Source: Neoechinorhynchus agilis
Lineage: Eukaryota; Animalia; Acanthocephala
Direction: 5' to 3'
DNA: 64,000 nt
Assembly (NCBI GenBank): GCA_051530055.1
Contig: CM121342.1
Coordinates: 1,956,797 to 2,020,796 of the forward strand
Each line of letters begins with the position of its first letter. The stretch's first letter is position 1. Positions 22,881 through 35,690 of this stretch are shown piece after piece. Below the pieces are notes generated by a model. That model ran no database searches and was not told where the DNA came from. It saw only the letters and a program-made list of their open reading frames with translations. The translations under genes and the position numbers were made by a program.

Positions 22881-23205
22881 TATTTTACATGCTACGATTT
22901 TGTTCAAGCGCAATCCGTCAACAGAACATTTGATGCAACATTTGATAAGTTCCTAAAAAAAATTTCGCACGCTGTAAATTAATTCGTCAATAAGTTCTAG
23001 TGCAAAAGAAATGTCAAAATCAAACCATCCTGCCTTGCAAAATAAGACTTCTTTGTGTAATTGGACCGGCCGGTTATTAGGACCAAAACGATCGCGTACC
23101 GCAGAAGCCCGATTAATCCCGGAATGAGGTTCTGTAGTTATCCTAACCATTGTGTTCAATGAAATCGACTCAAAAGATGGGAAATATACGATGCTCTCTC
23201 TACCT

Positions 23206-24610
23206 TTCAGCCAATCGCAGAAGTGCCTTTCTTGCATCGTCCACCGATTTCTCCAATGCGCCACTAACGAGTACCTGATTTCCGTTTTTGAAGAATTTCA
23301 CTTTCACGTTGTGTATACTTTCAAAAGATTTAATCCTCCATCCTTGCGTTCCGATCAAAAAAGGAATCACTGAAAGAGACAATGACGTTTCCTTTGTCCA
23401 GAATTCTCTGGACGAGTGTTCAAGTGGTCGTTCGGACTCTTCGCCGATGATTCTCCTAATTTCAGCGGAAGCTTGTCTACATTGGCTTATAGACGGACAT
23501 CTAATAACAAAATCATCATCTGATGGATCGGTTCGTTCATTTGGCGCAAATATCTCCACTTGATATTTCGCCATTATATTCCTCAGTATATCATTATCTC
23601 TTGTTATAATAAGCGGCCACTGGTCTTTTTGAATGTTTAAAAGCAAATCATGCTGTTTCGGATGCCGTTTTGGATTTCTAAATTGAGTCATTGTCTGATG
23701 GAGAGAATTCGCCATCAACTGTTCGGCCTTTTCGATTGACGATAGTGTGCCCATTAAGCGTCCAAGAAGACGACCGTGATGCCACGATGGAATTTGGATG
23801 ACCTTCGTTATTTCTAGCGTTGATTTTAGAATATCGATCACTTCTTTGCACCTATTTATGCGACCTGTGATTAGCAGCATTGGACAGTTTGAAGTTAACG
23901 GTATTTCAATCAGAACATTGTGATTGACAAAGATTGGCAAAATAATGTCTGTCGCCTTTGATTGGATTGCTTTTATTAACGAATCGGGAAACTAAACTTC
24001 GATCACTGTAACATCCTTCCATTCTTGTACAATTTCTTGTATTTTTATAATCGCCAGAACAACGTCAGGTTCTAGTCCGTAGACTACGATTTTCTCCACG
24101 AAAATACCATATTTGACAACAATAAAAATTCTAAAGTGAATAGCTAAAGTCCTAACAAATTCCGAGATTCCAAATAATATCGTGAATTTCGTTCGTTCAT
24201 TAATCACTGTGGCATAAACTCGTTTTTCGATCATTGGGCCGAAATTGTAAACAGCTCTTTTAATTTTCCCGATCGCGGCTTGTGCATTTGAACCATAGAA
24301 AAGTATTTTGTCAGGGTGATTCGTGTAATCAATCCGGACTTTCATTTCTCGAATACTGCATTATTTTGAAGTCCAATGGCATTTCCAATACTAAACTGCG
24401 GACACAATCTTCTATTCTGGCAGTCACGTATCGTAAAAATTTCAAACCCTCATCTTGTGGGCCTTTCTTTAAAATCGAATTTGGTCTTATTCCAACCAAT
24501 TTTGAGGACGCCGGAGGCTGCGCAAAATATTCAACGTTGAAGCGCCCATTTGATGCGAAATTACACATTATTGCGGGTGGAATTAGAATCGCAACGTGAA
24601 CCACCAACGC
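23206..24610 (-). pseudogene. Decayed copy of the multi-KH gene at 38881-40878
   Basis: Reverse-complement homology. Lacks the first ~150 codons and has a net 38-nt frameshifting deletion (~24345), a CAG>TAG stop (~23992), an in-frame 87-nt deletion in a KH domain (~23755) and a truncated 3' end. Confidence 0.9.
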
Positions 24611-25099
24611 TGAATTGCATAAAGAAAATTTGAACACTCCTTTTCGTCAAACTCCTCTCAGTTGAATTGAAGTAGGGTTAAAGAATTTCTAGGCTGGCAT
24701 AATTAATCGATTTCCGATGTATGCTATTATTAGTGATAAGTTTAAGTTGTGATTAAAACACGCTGGTCACCTTCAATGATTTTTCTAGTGTCTAACAATT
24801 CCTAAGAATTTAAATCGAACGATAATAAATTTCATTAACTAATATCAACCATCTTGAGCATTATTTGTCGTACCTGCGTTCAGATTTCGACCTTAATATT
24901 CTTAAAATTCATTTGCGATAAAAAAATCACAACGAATATAATATTAAATTGGAATAATTGTGATCATAATCCTGAATAAAGCATAGCCTCGCCTCATCAG
25001 TGATTGCTTGTAATTTGTAGAAAACTAAACAATAACTGACAAGACTCCCTCGCAAGATATTTCAATAAAAAAAATTTTAACAATTTTTTTAAGCAAGCA

Positions 25100-25690
25100 T
25101 TCATAATTTATAGTTTCACCAACGCTCCCATTCATCGGCGCTGGCCAAAATGCTGGCCGCATTGCCCCGCTGCACCGCAATGCTTATTTTTTGCGCCAAG
25201 AACGACGTCGATCTTGGCTCTCCGGTCGCCGCGTTGATTCGTTTCCCCAAGTCCTTCACGAGGGCCAGTGCCGACCCTCCCAAGGCTCCATACGTTTCCA
25301 CACCGAAGGGGACAAAATGGTAATTTCGGATTAGGTCCCTGTATTTTGAGAATTTCCGACCCTCTGCAGCCGTCGCCGCTCCTCCTGGACCTTTTTTCGG
25401 GTGGCTGATGTTGGAGTTTGCCAACGTGTCCACACACGTTGCATCCCACAACAAACATTTTCCCTCCCGCCAAGGAAATACGGTCACGCCATCAGGGCGT
25501 CTTCCATCTAATCTACAAAGATTAATGGGTTCTAGAATGTTTGGTAGGGAAAGCGTTTTTAGAGTCCTACTCAGAATGGCATTGATTTCAGCATGCCTTG
25601 GAAATCGTCCCGCTGACGACGTCTTGCATATGAGACCGTTTTATCCGGGATTATGATAACCAGAACTCAGATTCTACCAATCTGAAGGAT
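25100..25690 (-). mobile_element. CRE-clade 3' fragment (RLE)
   Basis: RHAEINAILSRTLKTLSLPNILEPINLCRLDGRRPDG...WREGKCLLWDATCVDTLA...PFGVETYG...AVQRGNAASIL. Confidence 0.9.
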
Positions 25691-25799
25691 TCCCTTCGGT
25701 GAATAATATAAAATATTTAGCAGAAAAGTATTTAAGATCGTACGTAGGTACGGAATTTTGTTATTCAACTGAAAAACAATCATCTGTTTATTCCAGAAT

Positions 25800-26380
25800 T
25801 TTTAAGCAGAGTAAAAGAGAAAAATGTGAATTCCCTCTTCGATTGGTTTAAATGAAATCTTTTGGGCTACGGCGTTTGCATTTTGCGGTGCTAATATAAA
25901 ACGTGAAGATGGAAATCGAGAACGAAATATTTCATAAGAATAAAGTTCATTCTTTTCGTTAACAAATTCCTCCTTTTCATCCAATTCTGCAGCTGTCGTC
26001 ATGATTGTTCGGCAGCTTCCTTAATGGCCGCGGCATTGCAGCGTTGGATCGCCGCGCTGATTCGCGGCATCAGGAAGCTGCTCTTCTTTTCCGAAGTATC
26101 CAAGCGTTTCCACCGCAATCGAGATGAAGACATATTGATACCCATCGAGCGAGGAGTACTTAGGCCGCTTCTTTTCCTCGCTGAAGCTCGCGACTGCTCC
26201 AGCTTTTGAGGTGGCATCCCGTAAGTGGGATGCTGCGAGCATGTTGGGGCATTTAAAATCCCAAACCAGTAATTTCAAGGAACACTATGGGATGCAGGGC
26301 GTTTACCGTCGTTGGCGTCTTTAGTGGAGAATGCCGCCCCGTGAAGGGGGGGGGGACAAACGAAACGAAAAATATCTCAA
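25800..26380 (-). mobile_element. Second, divergent CRE/RLE 3' fragment with an internal deletion
   Basis: LVWDFKCPNMLAASHL...KYSSL...IAVETLG followed by AAIQRCNAAAI. Confidence 0.75.
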
Positions 26381-26426
26381 GCAATGTATTTTTAAAATAT
26401 TTTATTAAAAAACTTGAATTTTTTTA

Positions 26427-27783
26427 TCAACTATTGAAATTGTAATATTCGTATTTGTGATATTGATTTATTGACTGTTGGACCGGTTGCACGAATTGTG
26501 CCTGTACCTGAAAAGGAGTAAACGAATTCTCACCTTGAGGACCGTACTGATAATATGACGTCACTGGTGCCATCGAAGATTGCTGATAATGAGCTGGCGG
26601 ATAATAAGAAATATAATCGTATTGCGTTGACGGACAAGGGTATGGATCCCGCTTGTATTGCACAAATTGTGGATTGCAAGACATTTCAAATTGAAGGTCT
26701 AAAAATCAAAAAATTGCTTAAATCTCTGTCACTTTTGATTAATCTTCTTGACCGCCGGCTTCTTTTAATTTGTGGGTCAATGGGAAAGCTCACATTTCGC
26801 AGTGAGTTAAGATCAAAAGCATTTACGGCATCGTAAAACGGCAATCAATACTGTATGGGAGTTCGCCTTTATTTGTTTGTATTTCAACAGTTAATGGGAA
26901 CACAAACAAAAGAGACTAATAAAAAATCAATTTAAACACGAACCTGTTTTTTGCCGTTTTCTGATTGGCTGCCCAGTGGTTGTGCCGTTAGTTAATCTAA
27001 AATGTGTAAATTAAAATTAGGATAATTTTCGAAAATAAAATTCAAACCTTCTTTTGGGTTCCGCAAATGCTTTGGCGAACGGATTATGCTTTATTTTAAG
27101 ATTTGTTATCTAAAACGTTTCTGTAAAACGATGCAATGATCAAATAAACAAATACATTTTCGTTTTGATAAGCCGTTACACATAAAAATTTTGACAGCTC
27201 AATTGTTTCACTTGCAATCAACTCCGATAGTTCACCTTCGATCCGGTAAATTAGGATTTCAGGAACGTACATGTGCAGAGTTTTTAATAAAATCTAAAAA
27301 TGATTGTTTTTAATTTTTCAAATACCTTCCAACCCAAAAAGATGCACAAACCTTGTCAACATTTGAACTGCTTGGCTGATTTGTAATTTTTAATCGCTCG
27401 AAACTGATTTCTTTGGACATCCAATGAAGTCCGTAATTCGGAGAATCCGGGTGCATATACTGTCCTTCGCTCACTGAAACCGATTGCTCGCCATTTCGAA
27501 TCCATTCACCGCCGGAGTACTTCCATCTACTCCGATTTGCGTATTTAAGCTTTAGAAAAATTTTATAAATTGAGTTTGAATCGAGACCGCTGACAACAAT
27601 TTTCAGAGACGGAAACATTCTTCGACCTGAACGCGTGACTATCATCTCTGTTTTACATTCCGAAAATTCTTGCCATAGCTCTCGATTGCTCAATTCAATT
27701 TTTACGTTGTCCTCGTCCGACTTTGACCGCTTGGATTGGTTGCATTCAAGGGATTCGAGAGATCGTTTTCGCAATGAATTCAT
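26427..27783 (-). CDS. bra: Brachyury-type T-box transcription factor, copy A (~318 aa); exons 27783-27352, 27293-27156, 27109-27048, 26996-26944, 26698-26427
   Basis: The T-domain has ELW..F...[41 protein letters not shown] and [37 protein letters not shown].HWM and KHNPFAKAF are Brachyury-like. All four GT-AG introns (58, 46, 51, 245 nt) preserve frame into a Y/Q/P-rich tail. Confidence 0.88.
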
Positions 27784-28899
27784 GTTTCTGTCTAAAATCA
27801 AGATTTTCAGAAGATATTTCGACCTCAAAATATATTTCTGTAGTGGTCGACCGTAGTTAGTACGATCAAACACAGCTCGTAAATGGACCAATAAAAATCC
27901 GAGGCCATAATTATGAGCAGTTGCTCAGCAAGAGCTGGCGCGCTTCGTGCTGTTTCTGCGTTTAATTAGGCTTTGAAAATGGAGATGTTAAAACCGGAAG
28001 ATTTTAAACGTTAATTATTCTTTAAGAATTTTTATGCAAATCGGGCGTAATTTCCAGAGAAAATAATTATCCATTAACATCTTATACGAGTCGCAGGTTT
28101 AGAATCCATTTTAATCGATGATACGATGTCCTTTATTTATAGTGTCCAATCCTATAAACGATTTTTTTTCAATTATTACGAAAAAGATTAAGTTACTTTT
28201 AAATCTGGAGCATCCATTATTATGGATTAAAACAATCGCCACTATTCAAAAAAATTATAACCAAGGATTTCGAAATTTATAGCAAATATTTTTTCAAACC
28301 CAAAGAACTTTAAAGTGTATAGTTCATGCAACATATTAGTGTCAAGACCCTAGTGGAAATCCGCTAACTATAAATGTTTTCGTGCTTATAAAGAACTAAG
28401 GTTTTACATCTCTGTTAAGTTCAGGAAAGCTATGAACATCGTTATGTTGTAATTTAGGAAGAATTGTGCTTTAATAATTAGCGATGCTGTCCAACGATTT
28501 TCTTTAATTCTTTTTATAATATTTTGAATGTAATTAAATATTTAAAATTGTTTTTAATATTTAAGATCATGTTATCGAACGTAAAAATGTCAATAAGTGA
28601 ATTTATAGTGTTTCATGCGTGAAAATGTAGAATAACTGAAAAGGGAGTGCAAAATGCACTTACGATAGTTGAAAACAGTTGATTTCATCTATTAACGATT
28701 TTACCTATTTTTTGCCTCATGGCATCTTAGAATATGAATAAAATCTAAGTTCGGTAAACTGACTTGCTCTGAATCAGTACGTCAATATTTATTTTAAGTT
28801 TGGAATCCTTATAAAGAGAAAATATTAATCGCAAACTGGAATATCAGAAATAATTTAATAGATCTGCAGTTATTTCGAGTTCTTTTGTGCATTAATTTA

Positions 28900-29200
28900 A
28901 CTTTAATTTTTCAGTTCTGGATATCCGAGCTGCCGTTCTGGTTTAATGGTCGAAAGGACGGATATAGCATCCACTCGTTGCACAGCAATATGTTTTGTAG
29001 GAGGAAGTAATTCGTCTCAGTCTCTTGGACAATTGATTCACGAGGTATTGCGCCGCGATACCAAACTGCCCGAGTGTCTTGCCCGAGTGTCTCGACACCA
29101 AAGGGAGCGAGGAATAAATTGTTGATCGTGGAAAAATTATTATAGTTGGTTGAACCGATGCAATGTTGATTTGTCACTCAAATGCAGATTCAAATCTCGC
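28900..29200 (-). mobile_element. Degenerate CRE/RLE 3' fragment
   Basis: FLAPFGVETLG and LLQNI..(AV)QR.DAISVL; DNA similar to 180-330. Confidence 0.7.
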
Positions 29201-29327
29201 CGTACTCAAGCATCGATTTTAACTTGGTAATATTTTCTCCTTATTGCTAAAAATCAACAGATTTGGCTTCGCGGAGCCTATCGAAACTTCATGGATTTCG
29301 AGCATTTTAATGTCGTAATTTTAAGTT

Positions 29328-31291
29328 TGTGGAGTGAGCGTTCGTCATCAGGTTTATATGTGTATTCCTTCGCGACGCCTATAAATAAACACGTTTTTGG
29401 GGCGGTGGTTGAGGAACCACCGTGAAACTTTCATCCGTTCCATCCGATACCTTGCCACTCCATTTGGACACCATCGGCTCAGTTGAACATGTGATCGAGA
29501 TACACGGGCCGTTACTGCATGCAAAAGTTCAACGATTGCCACCTGACAAACTAAAGCTCGCCTTGTAGGAATTCCGAGAGATAGAGAAATTGGACGTCAT
29601 AAGGCGATCCAACAGTTCATGGTCGTCCGCTTTACAAATGGTGCCTAAAGCTGATGGAGGTTGGAGACCCCGTGGAGGCTACAGGCGATTGAACGAAGTG
29701 ACAACGCCAGACAAGTATCCGGCACCGCGCATCCAGGATTTTACCTCCCGATTGGCAGGGAAAAGGACATTTTCGAAAGTCGATCTCGTCCGGATATTTC
29801 CTCGAAGGTCGAGCGTTCACCGTTTTCACTGACCAACGCCCATTGACTTTTGCGATTTCAAAGGTTTCTGATTCGTGGACGACGCGTCAACAACGACAAC
29901 TCAATTTTGTCTCGGAATTCACGACCAGCATTGAGCATGTAGCGGGTAAGGGCAATCTGGTAGCTGACGCGCTCTCAAGAATAAATACCTTGACAAGTAT
30001 CAGTGACGGCATATCGTTCGAGGAAATGGCACACGATCAGCTAGCCGACTAGAATATTCAACAATATAGTAAAGCGAAACATCTTTACAATTGGAAGACG
30101 TGCCATTCGACAAAGCACGACGAACTATACTTTGTGGCATTTCGACAGGTTGACACAGACCATTAGTGCCAACATCGTGGAGAAAACGAATATTCAATTC
30201 CGTTCATTAACTTTCCCACCCCGGAATCAACGCGACTCGCAAATTGGTTCGGGATTAAAAAAAATTGGCCAGGTTTATCGAAGGATATCAGTAACTGGGT
30301 GAAAACATGTATCGATTGCCAACGATCTAAACTTCAACGACATATGCGAGCACCGCCGCCAACATTCGAACTTCCGTCTCGCCGCTTCGACAATGTCCAC
30401 ATTGATTTGGTCGATCCGTTTCCTCCGTCACAAGGCTACAGTCGGTGGCCAGATGCGATCCCAGTGAGGAACACGGACGCGATCTCGTGTGCAAGGGCAT
30501 TTATTGGACACTGGACATCCCGTTTCGGAATACCTAAAGATCTCACTTCCAACCGTGGGTCGCAATTCATTTCGCAGTTGTAGGCAGCGGCAGCTAATCA
30601 TCTCGGAATGAAACTACACCGCACCACCGCCTACCACCCTCAATCGAACGGAATGGTCGAGAGGTTCCATAGACATCTCAAATCGGCTTTGAAAGCTCAC
30701 CTTCGCGGAAACAATTGGGCGGACGAACTCCCGTGGATTCTGCTAGGAATTCGAACGACGCCCAAATCCGATCTTGGATCGTCAGCGGCGGAGCACGTCC
30801 ACGGCAGTCCAATCAGCGTCCCAGCCGATTTCCTCGATGTATCTTGGAACCAGGTCGAGCCACACGTCCACCTACATCGTCTACGCGAGAAAATACAATC
30901 GTTAGTTCCTGTTCCTATCGTGCATCATGGCAGGATAACAACGTTTATACCTCAATCTCTAAATCGAGCTTCGTTCGTTTTCGTCAGACGCAGGCATCCG
31001 GGGGAATCCGATACAAACCCCATATACGGGACCCTACAGAGTCTTTGAACGAAGCGATAAAATGTTCACGGTGGATATCGGAGGACGACCTGAGAATTTG
31101 TCAATCTATCGGCTAAAGCAAGCCTACACCGAACCAACAGCGCCAGTCCAGCTCGCTCAGCCGCCAAAACGAGGACGACCTCCAAATCGTCCAATCGCAT
31201 TGGATATTAAACTTCTTCGGGGAGCTGTGTGGAGTGAGCGTTCGTCATCAGGTTTATATGTGTATTCCTTCGCGACGCCTATAAATAAACA
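29328..31291 (+). mobile_element. Internally deleted Ty3/Gypsy LTR element (1964 bp) with identical 64-bp TG...CA terminal repeats
   Basis: Repeats at 29328-29391 and 31228-31291. AGTT flanks both ends (possible 4-bp TSD) and a purine tract GGGGAG precedes the 3' repeat. Inside: RT start (SSWSSALQMVPKADGGWRP...DKYP), RNaseH end (FTDQRPL...NLVADALSR) and integrase (H.....HPG, CIDCQ, HIDLV, TTAYHPQSNGMVERFHR). No gag or protease. Confidence 0.9.
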
Positions 31292-31299
31292 AGTTTTTG

Positions 31300-32080
31300 C
31301 GCGGTGGTGAAAAAACCACCGATGTCCATTTTTCCCGTTACAATACTACATCCTATCGACAAAAAGTAAACGGGCAATGCGAGAGACTTAACGCCATCTT
31401 GTGGAAAACTATTTTGGATTGTATTAAGAGTCGGCGGGAAATCAATAACGACCTGGCACGACGCGCTTATTCTGGCACACGCCGGTATAAGATCATTATT
31501 ATGCACCAGCACCGGTAAGACGCCTCATGAAAGAATGTTCAGTTTTGAGTGGAGAGTTCCGCTAAATATCACCCTTCCTCAATGGTTACGTGATGGAGAA
31601 TCTGCGTGGCTCAAGAGCGGCCATCCAACGAGCAAAAACGAACGCTCGACAAAAAAGGTTAATCTGGTCGAAGCCAATGAAAAATATTCAGTTGTGGAAT
31701 ATCCCGACGGTCGCGTTGACAAAGTTTCCACCTTCCATTAATGCGCCAATTGAAGATAAGGATTCAACAAATGATTCGAACGTGGATGTAGGTACTCCTG
31801 ACGCGCCTTCGAGTGAATTGACGCCCTTGAAGGTTTCTAAGGTGATTAATCAAAATGGTCAATTAGTTCGTCTCTCCTGTCGATTTTCTTCATGAGACTT
31901 GCCGAAGGTTGTTATAGAATATCGACCCACGGGCATCACCATTATTTAGTGGCGTTACTATTATTTTCATCATAACGTTACAACGTGTGTGCAAGTGTTT
32001 AGTTTTGCCAGTGTGTTTTCTATTCAATAAAACCTCTTAATGGTCATCACAACAACGAACCACACGCTCACACTATAACA
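31300..32080 (+). mobile_element. 3' end of a different Gypsy element (integrase C-terminus plus 171-bp LTR at 31910-32080)
   Basis: TTSY.QKVNGQCERLNAILWK and LPQWL...VEAN..Y..V.YPDGR. The LTR is bounded by perfect inverted TGTTATAG/CTATAACA and contains AATAAA. Confidence 0.75.
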
Positions 32081-32367
32081 CGACACCAAGTGCCAAATAA
32101 TTACCATGTAACGAGTGTTTTTTCGTTGTCATTCGGTACTTCCATTAAGAAAGTCGTGAAATTGTCAGTTTGTATACTCAAATCAGCTTTTGAATTTGGT
32201 CAAGAGAAATTACAAGCCGCAGTCATCTTTACCCTGATGGCATTTTCTTGCTGGATTGCGATGCTAATATTCTGGTGGAACTAACCGGCCGAACGAGGGT
32301 TCGTGAAAATCCCCATACGTCTTCTGATAATAATAATAATAATAACACGTTTATTTGTTATATAAAA

Positions 32368-32504
32368 ATGTTGATATGTGAGGTACCGGGGAATGTGATC
32401 GGAATTATTGTTTAGAAGTCTACACCCGCAGTGGATCCGACGAGGTTCCAAACGTCTTTAATAAATAATCATTTACTGCGGGTGTAGAGCTAAACAATAA
32501 TTCC
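32368..32504 (+). repeat. Fold-back element enclosing the 3' half of a hammerhead core
   Basis: GGAATTATTGTTTAG..CTACACCCGCAGT pairs with ACTGCGGGTGTAG..CTAAACAATAATTCC around CCGACGAGGTTCCAAACGTC. Same family as 41718-41876 and 59545-59680. Confidence 0.75.
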
Positions 32505-32584
32505 ACGTTTATTTGTCAATTAAAAAAGAATTGGACCCATTTCCCCCTTGGGGCCTCATGAACCTTGAGTTCAGAGTTGCTCAT

Positions 32585-33067
32585 TGAATGCCGTTGCTGA
32601 TTTTTTACGGGATTACAGGTCCGGTCGAGTGGGGGAAAGTTAGTGCTTATTGTTTGTAGAAACGTTTGTCAGGTCGGTTCCTTCCTCAGTTCATTTCGGG
32701 AAAGAAGCAGAGGTAAAAGCAGATACGCGGTAAAGGAAAAACGGGAATTGGGATTGCGAGTATTGTGCTCGTGTGAAAAGGGGGATAAAATATGGTAAAA
32801 ATCGTAGTGGTAGGGTTGGGAGGCGTTTTGATTGTTTGTTGAAAATCTTATAAAGGAATTTGGCGAGAGGGGGAAATCAACTGGTCAAATTTTAGGGGTT
32901 CTTCTTTGAAATGTTTCAAGGCGATTTATGAATTGGTTAGTTTGCAAAAGACTATATAACCGTAGGTGAATTAAGGTAAAATAAAGCTATAGTAAAATTT
33001 GAAGAGGGCGGGCGATTGGACTCCTAAATGTCGGATTCGTTTGACGACGTAATTTTTTAAAGGTATG
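32585..33067 (-). repeat. Inverted partner of 20762-21275
   Basis: Direct reverse-complement comparison. Confidence 0.9.
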
Positions 33068-35099
33068 ACGAGAGAGGTTTAAGTTCCCTTAAGAAAATAT
33101 TAAAAGGAAGGAGTGACAGGACGGTACCGTGAGATACGATTTTTGTGAGGGATTTGATGAGCAAGGAGGTAGCCTGGCAGTGAATGTATCGTTGGCGATT
33201 GTGAAGATAGGTAGACAGCCAGTGGATCTGTCATGAGTTTAGACCGAAATCGGAACAAACCTGAAGAAGTAGTCGATGGTCTACTGAGTCGAATGTTTTC
33301 GATGAGTCCATTAGAACGAGAAAGGTGAAGTAGGGGTTGGTTATTTTCGAGCTTGTGTAGGAGCGTCTCGTAAATGCAAAGTAAGACATCCGTTGCCGGA
33401 AATTTGGGTCGGAAGCGAAATTGTAAGGGCGATTGTTTGTTGTTGAGAAGTAGTTTCAGCGCCGCTCCGAAAATTACGAAGTTTAAATCCGCGCACATTT
33501 CTCTACATTTTAGACATTTCTTTTGCTATGCTGCTGTCGCCATTGATCTCGGATCTCTCCGCGCAATATTGTCGGAGGACTTGGCGGATGATTTGCGTCC
33601 CATAAGGGGCATTTTCCTCAGGCCCAAGGAGAAATCAGTCACACCGTCCGTCGTCCGATCTGAAAGATTGATAGGCTTCAAGATATTGGGAGCGTTGATC
33701 GAAGTCAGCGCCCTACCGTTGATCATTTTCATGTCGGCGTGTGGCACAAGGCGATTAGAAGAGTTTCGTCGCACTGCTGGAATCGCTTTAAACCACGCGC
33801 AAAACTCCTTAGTTGAGCATGCGATCAGTCTCGTCCGGGAGTTTATGTAATTATATTGAAAACTTTCAATTATTTACTTGGTAAAAAGTTTGATATTCAC
33901 TCTTTCTGCGTTTGTGCCAAATCCAACGTATTTTTAGAAAAATTAATCCATTTACATATTCATTGGTTTATACCATTTTTAGTTTTCAAGCACTAATGCC
34001 AGCACAGTATCTTCTTTTCCATTTAAAATCTGGTCTTTTGTTTAAGACTGCTGGCGTGACGTATACTCACGAACGGCGAAGTTTTTCTGAACTGATTTAG
34101 AGAATTTGATTGCAGCAATTTTTAGTACACCGATGATGAGCGGACAAAATGCTGTTTTTAAATATTTTAGTATGATACTTTTATCTTTTTATTACAAGTC
34201 GAGAAAATGTCCGCAAGTTTTCGATGGCTGATCAATAAGACCCTTTCGAAGAAATAAGAAATCTTTGGGCGAGAAGCAGATGAGTGAGAAACCTTGCTTC
34301 AGAATGAAATGAGCATTTCGAAGTTTCTTGAACGGTGCCGTTATTTCTGGTTTTTGTTTTTTATATCTTTTTAAGCGCATTTCTTGCTCTTTTATTTCAC
34401 CATCGGCGATTTAAACAACGCTTTCGTTCTTCCTTTACACGTTTTTTTAAATTTAATCATTTATCTGAGGTCATTAAAACTAAATCGTTTTATTTGATTT
34501 GATGAAAAAAATATATTAATCGGCCTCTTCAAAATGTAATCTAAAACTCCACATATTCCCTTTTCTATAAAGCTATATTGATCCATAAATTTTGTTGGAA
34601 TTGATATTTACGACGACTATGGCACGATTTGCTGTCAAGTGGATTTGTGATGATCATACATTTTAAATCTCTTAGTAAAGTGTCGTTTTTTGTGTTTAAA
34701 ATTCTCGAGTACTTCTGAAATGTACATTTCAAAACACTCTAAACACTTTATTAAGGATTTCATTTAGATATTTTCATCGCTATATGTCGTGAAATTAAAA
34801 CGTAAATGTCAAACAAACGATTAGTCAATCTCTAGAACACTTCACTCGATAATATCTACGATGAACGTTGACTTTAGAAGAGTTAGTCATATTAGTTATG
34901 AGTTATGAACCAAGATAGCAGAATATTAAAAAAACTCGAAATGGTTGGGCGAACTGTGGAAAATTAGATTGTGAAACCATAAATTCGTTATTTTACAATT
35001 GTTATTATTTTGGTCGATCATAAACACCCGCGAGGGACATTATCAATTCAAATCTAACAAATATACACGTAAGGTCATAATCACACGAAATGATTGTTT

Positions 35100-35690
35100 T
35101 AGTTTTTACTCGGGAACCCGGGATCGTCATCTTTGTATGCTGCCTCCCTGGATGGATTTTGACTCTGTTCCTTGCAGAGAACTTCGGTTTTAACGAATCC
35201 AATTAAATGTGGAGTTTGGTTTTGAATTTGTATCGCCACATCGAAAAGCGTACTTGTGTTCAAGGAGACGGGTTTCTTTGAACAACTCATTTTCACCTAC
35301 GTAAAACCTTGATAGTCCGAGTACCCTTTTTGCTATTGGCGAGAATCAAGTATTTCGAATTTCCAAGTGTTCTGCGTAAAATATTGGAGCAAATATCACC
35401 AATCTGAATTCAGATCGGATAAAGGCCACTGCTGAATTTTCCATTAGTCGATTGGATCGGTATACATCTCTTGCTTATAAGCCTATCGCATCGCCTAATC
35501 CAGGTATTACCTTTTTTCTACATGTTCTTAATATTATCGATCTCACGATTTCTCTCATGATCAATAGAGGCGAGTTAGTTTTCCATGATGTGCTTTGCAA
35601 ACAGATTCCAGGTTTACGGTATATGGAAGTGTTTATAGCCAAGAAAATAGCTGCGATCACAACCCGCGAAAGCGCAATAAGTTAATTTTT
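35100..35690 (-). mobile_element. PLE remnant (RT thumb plus GIY-YIG)
   Basis: NTSIYRKPG..Q..SWKTNSP...VRSII and ..DYQGFYVGE....RLLEHKYAFRCGDTNS. Confidence 0.7.

Larger units (their letters stand above)
23206..28001 (-). repeat. Left arm of a large inverted segmental duplication
   Basis: The KH block, the 24650-24985 intergenic block and the T-box block match 35853-40857 in mirror order. Confidence 0.92.

Noticed and set aside
26555-26836. 93-aa antisense ORF conserved in both arms (also 37017-37298)
   Set aside because: It overlaps T-box exon 5 and intron 4 on the opposite strand. Conservation is explained by the recent duplication.
33100-33850. GC-richer ORFs upstream of the 510-bp repeat
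   Set aside because: Possibly a PLE endonuclease tail, but no diagnostic motif could be confirmed, so left unclassified.
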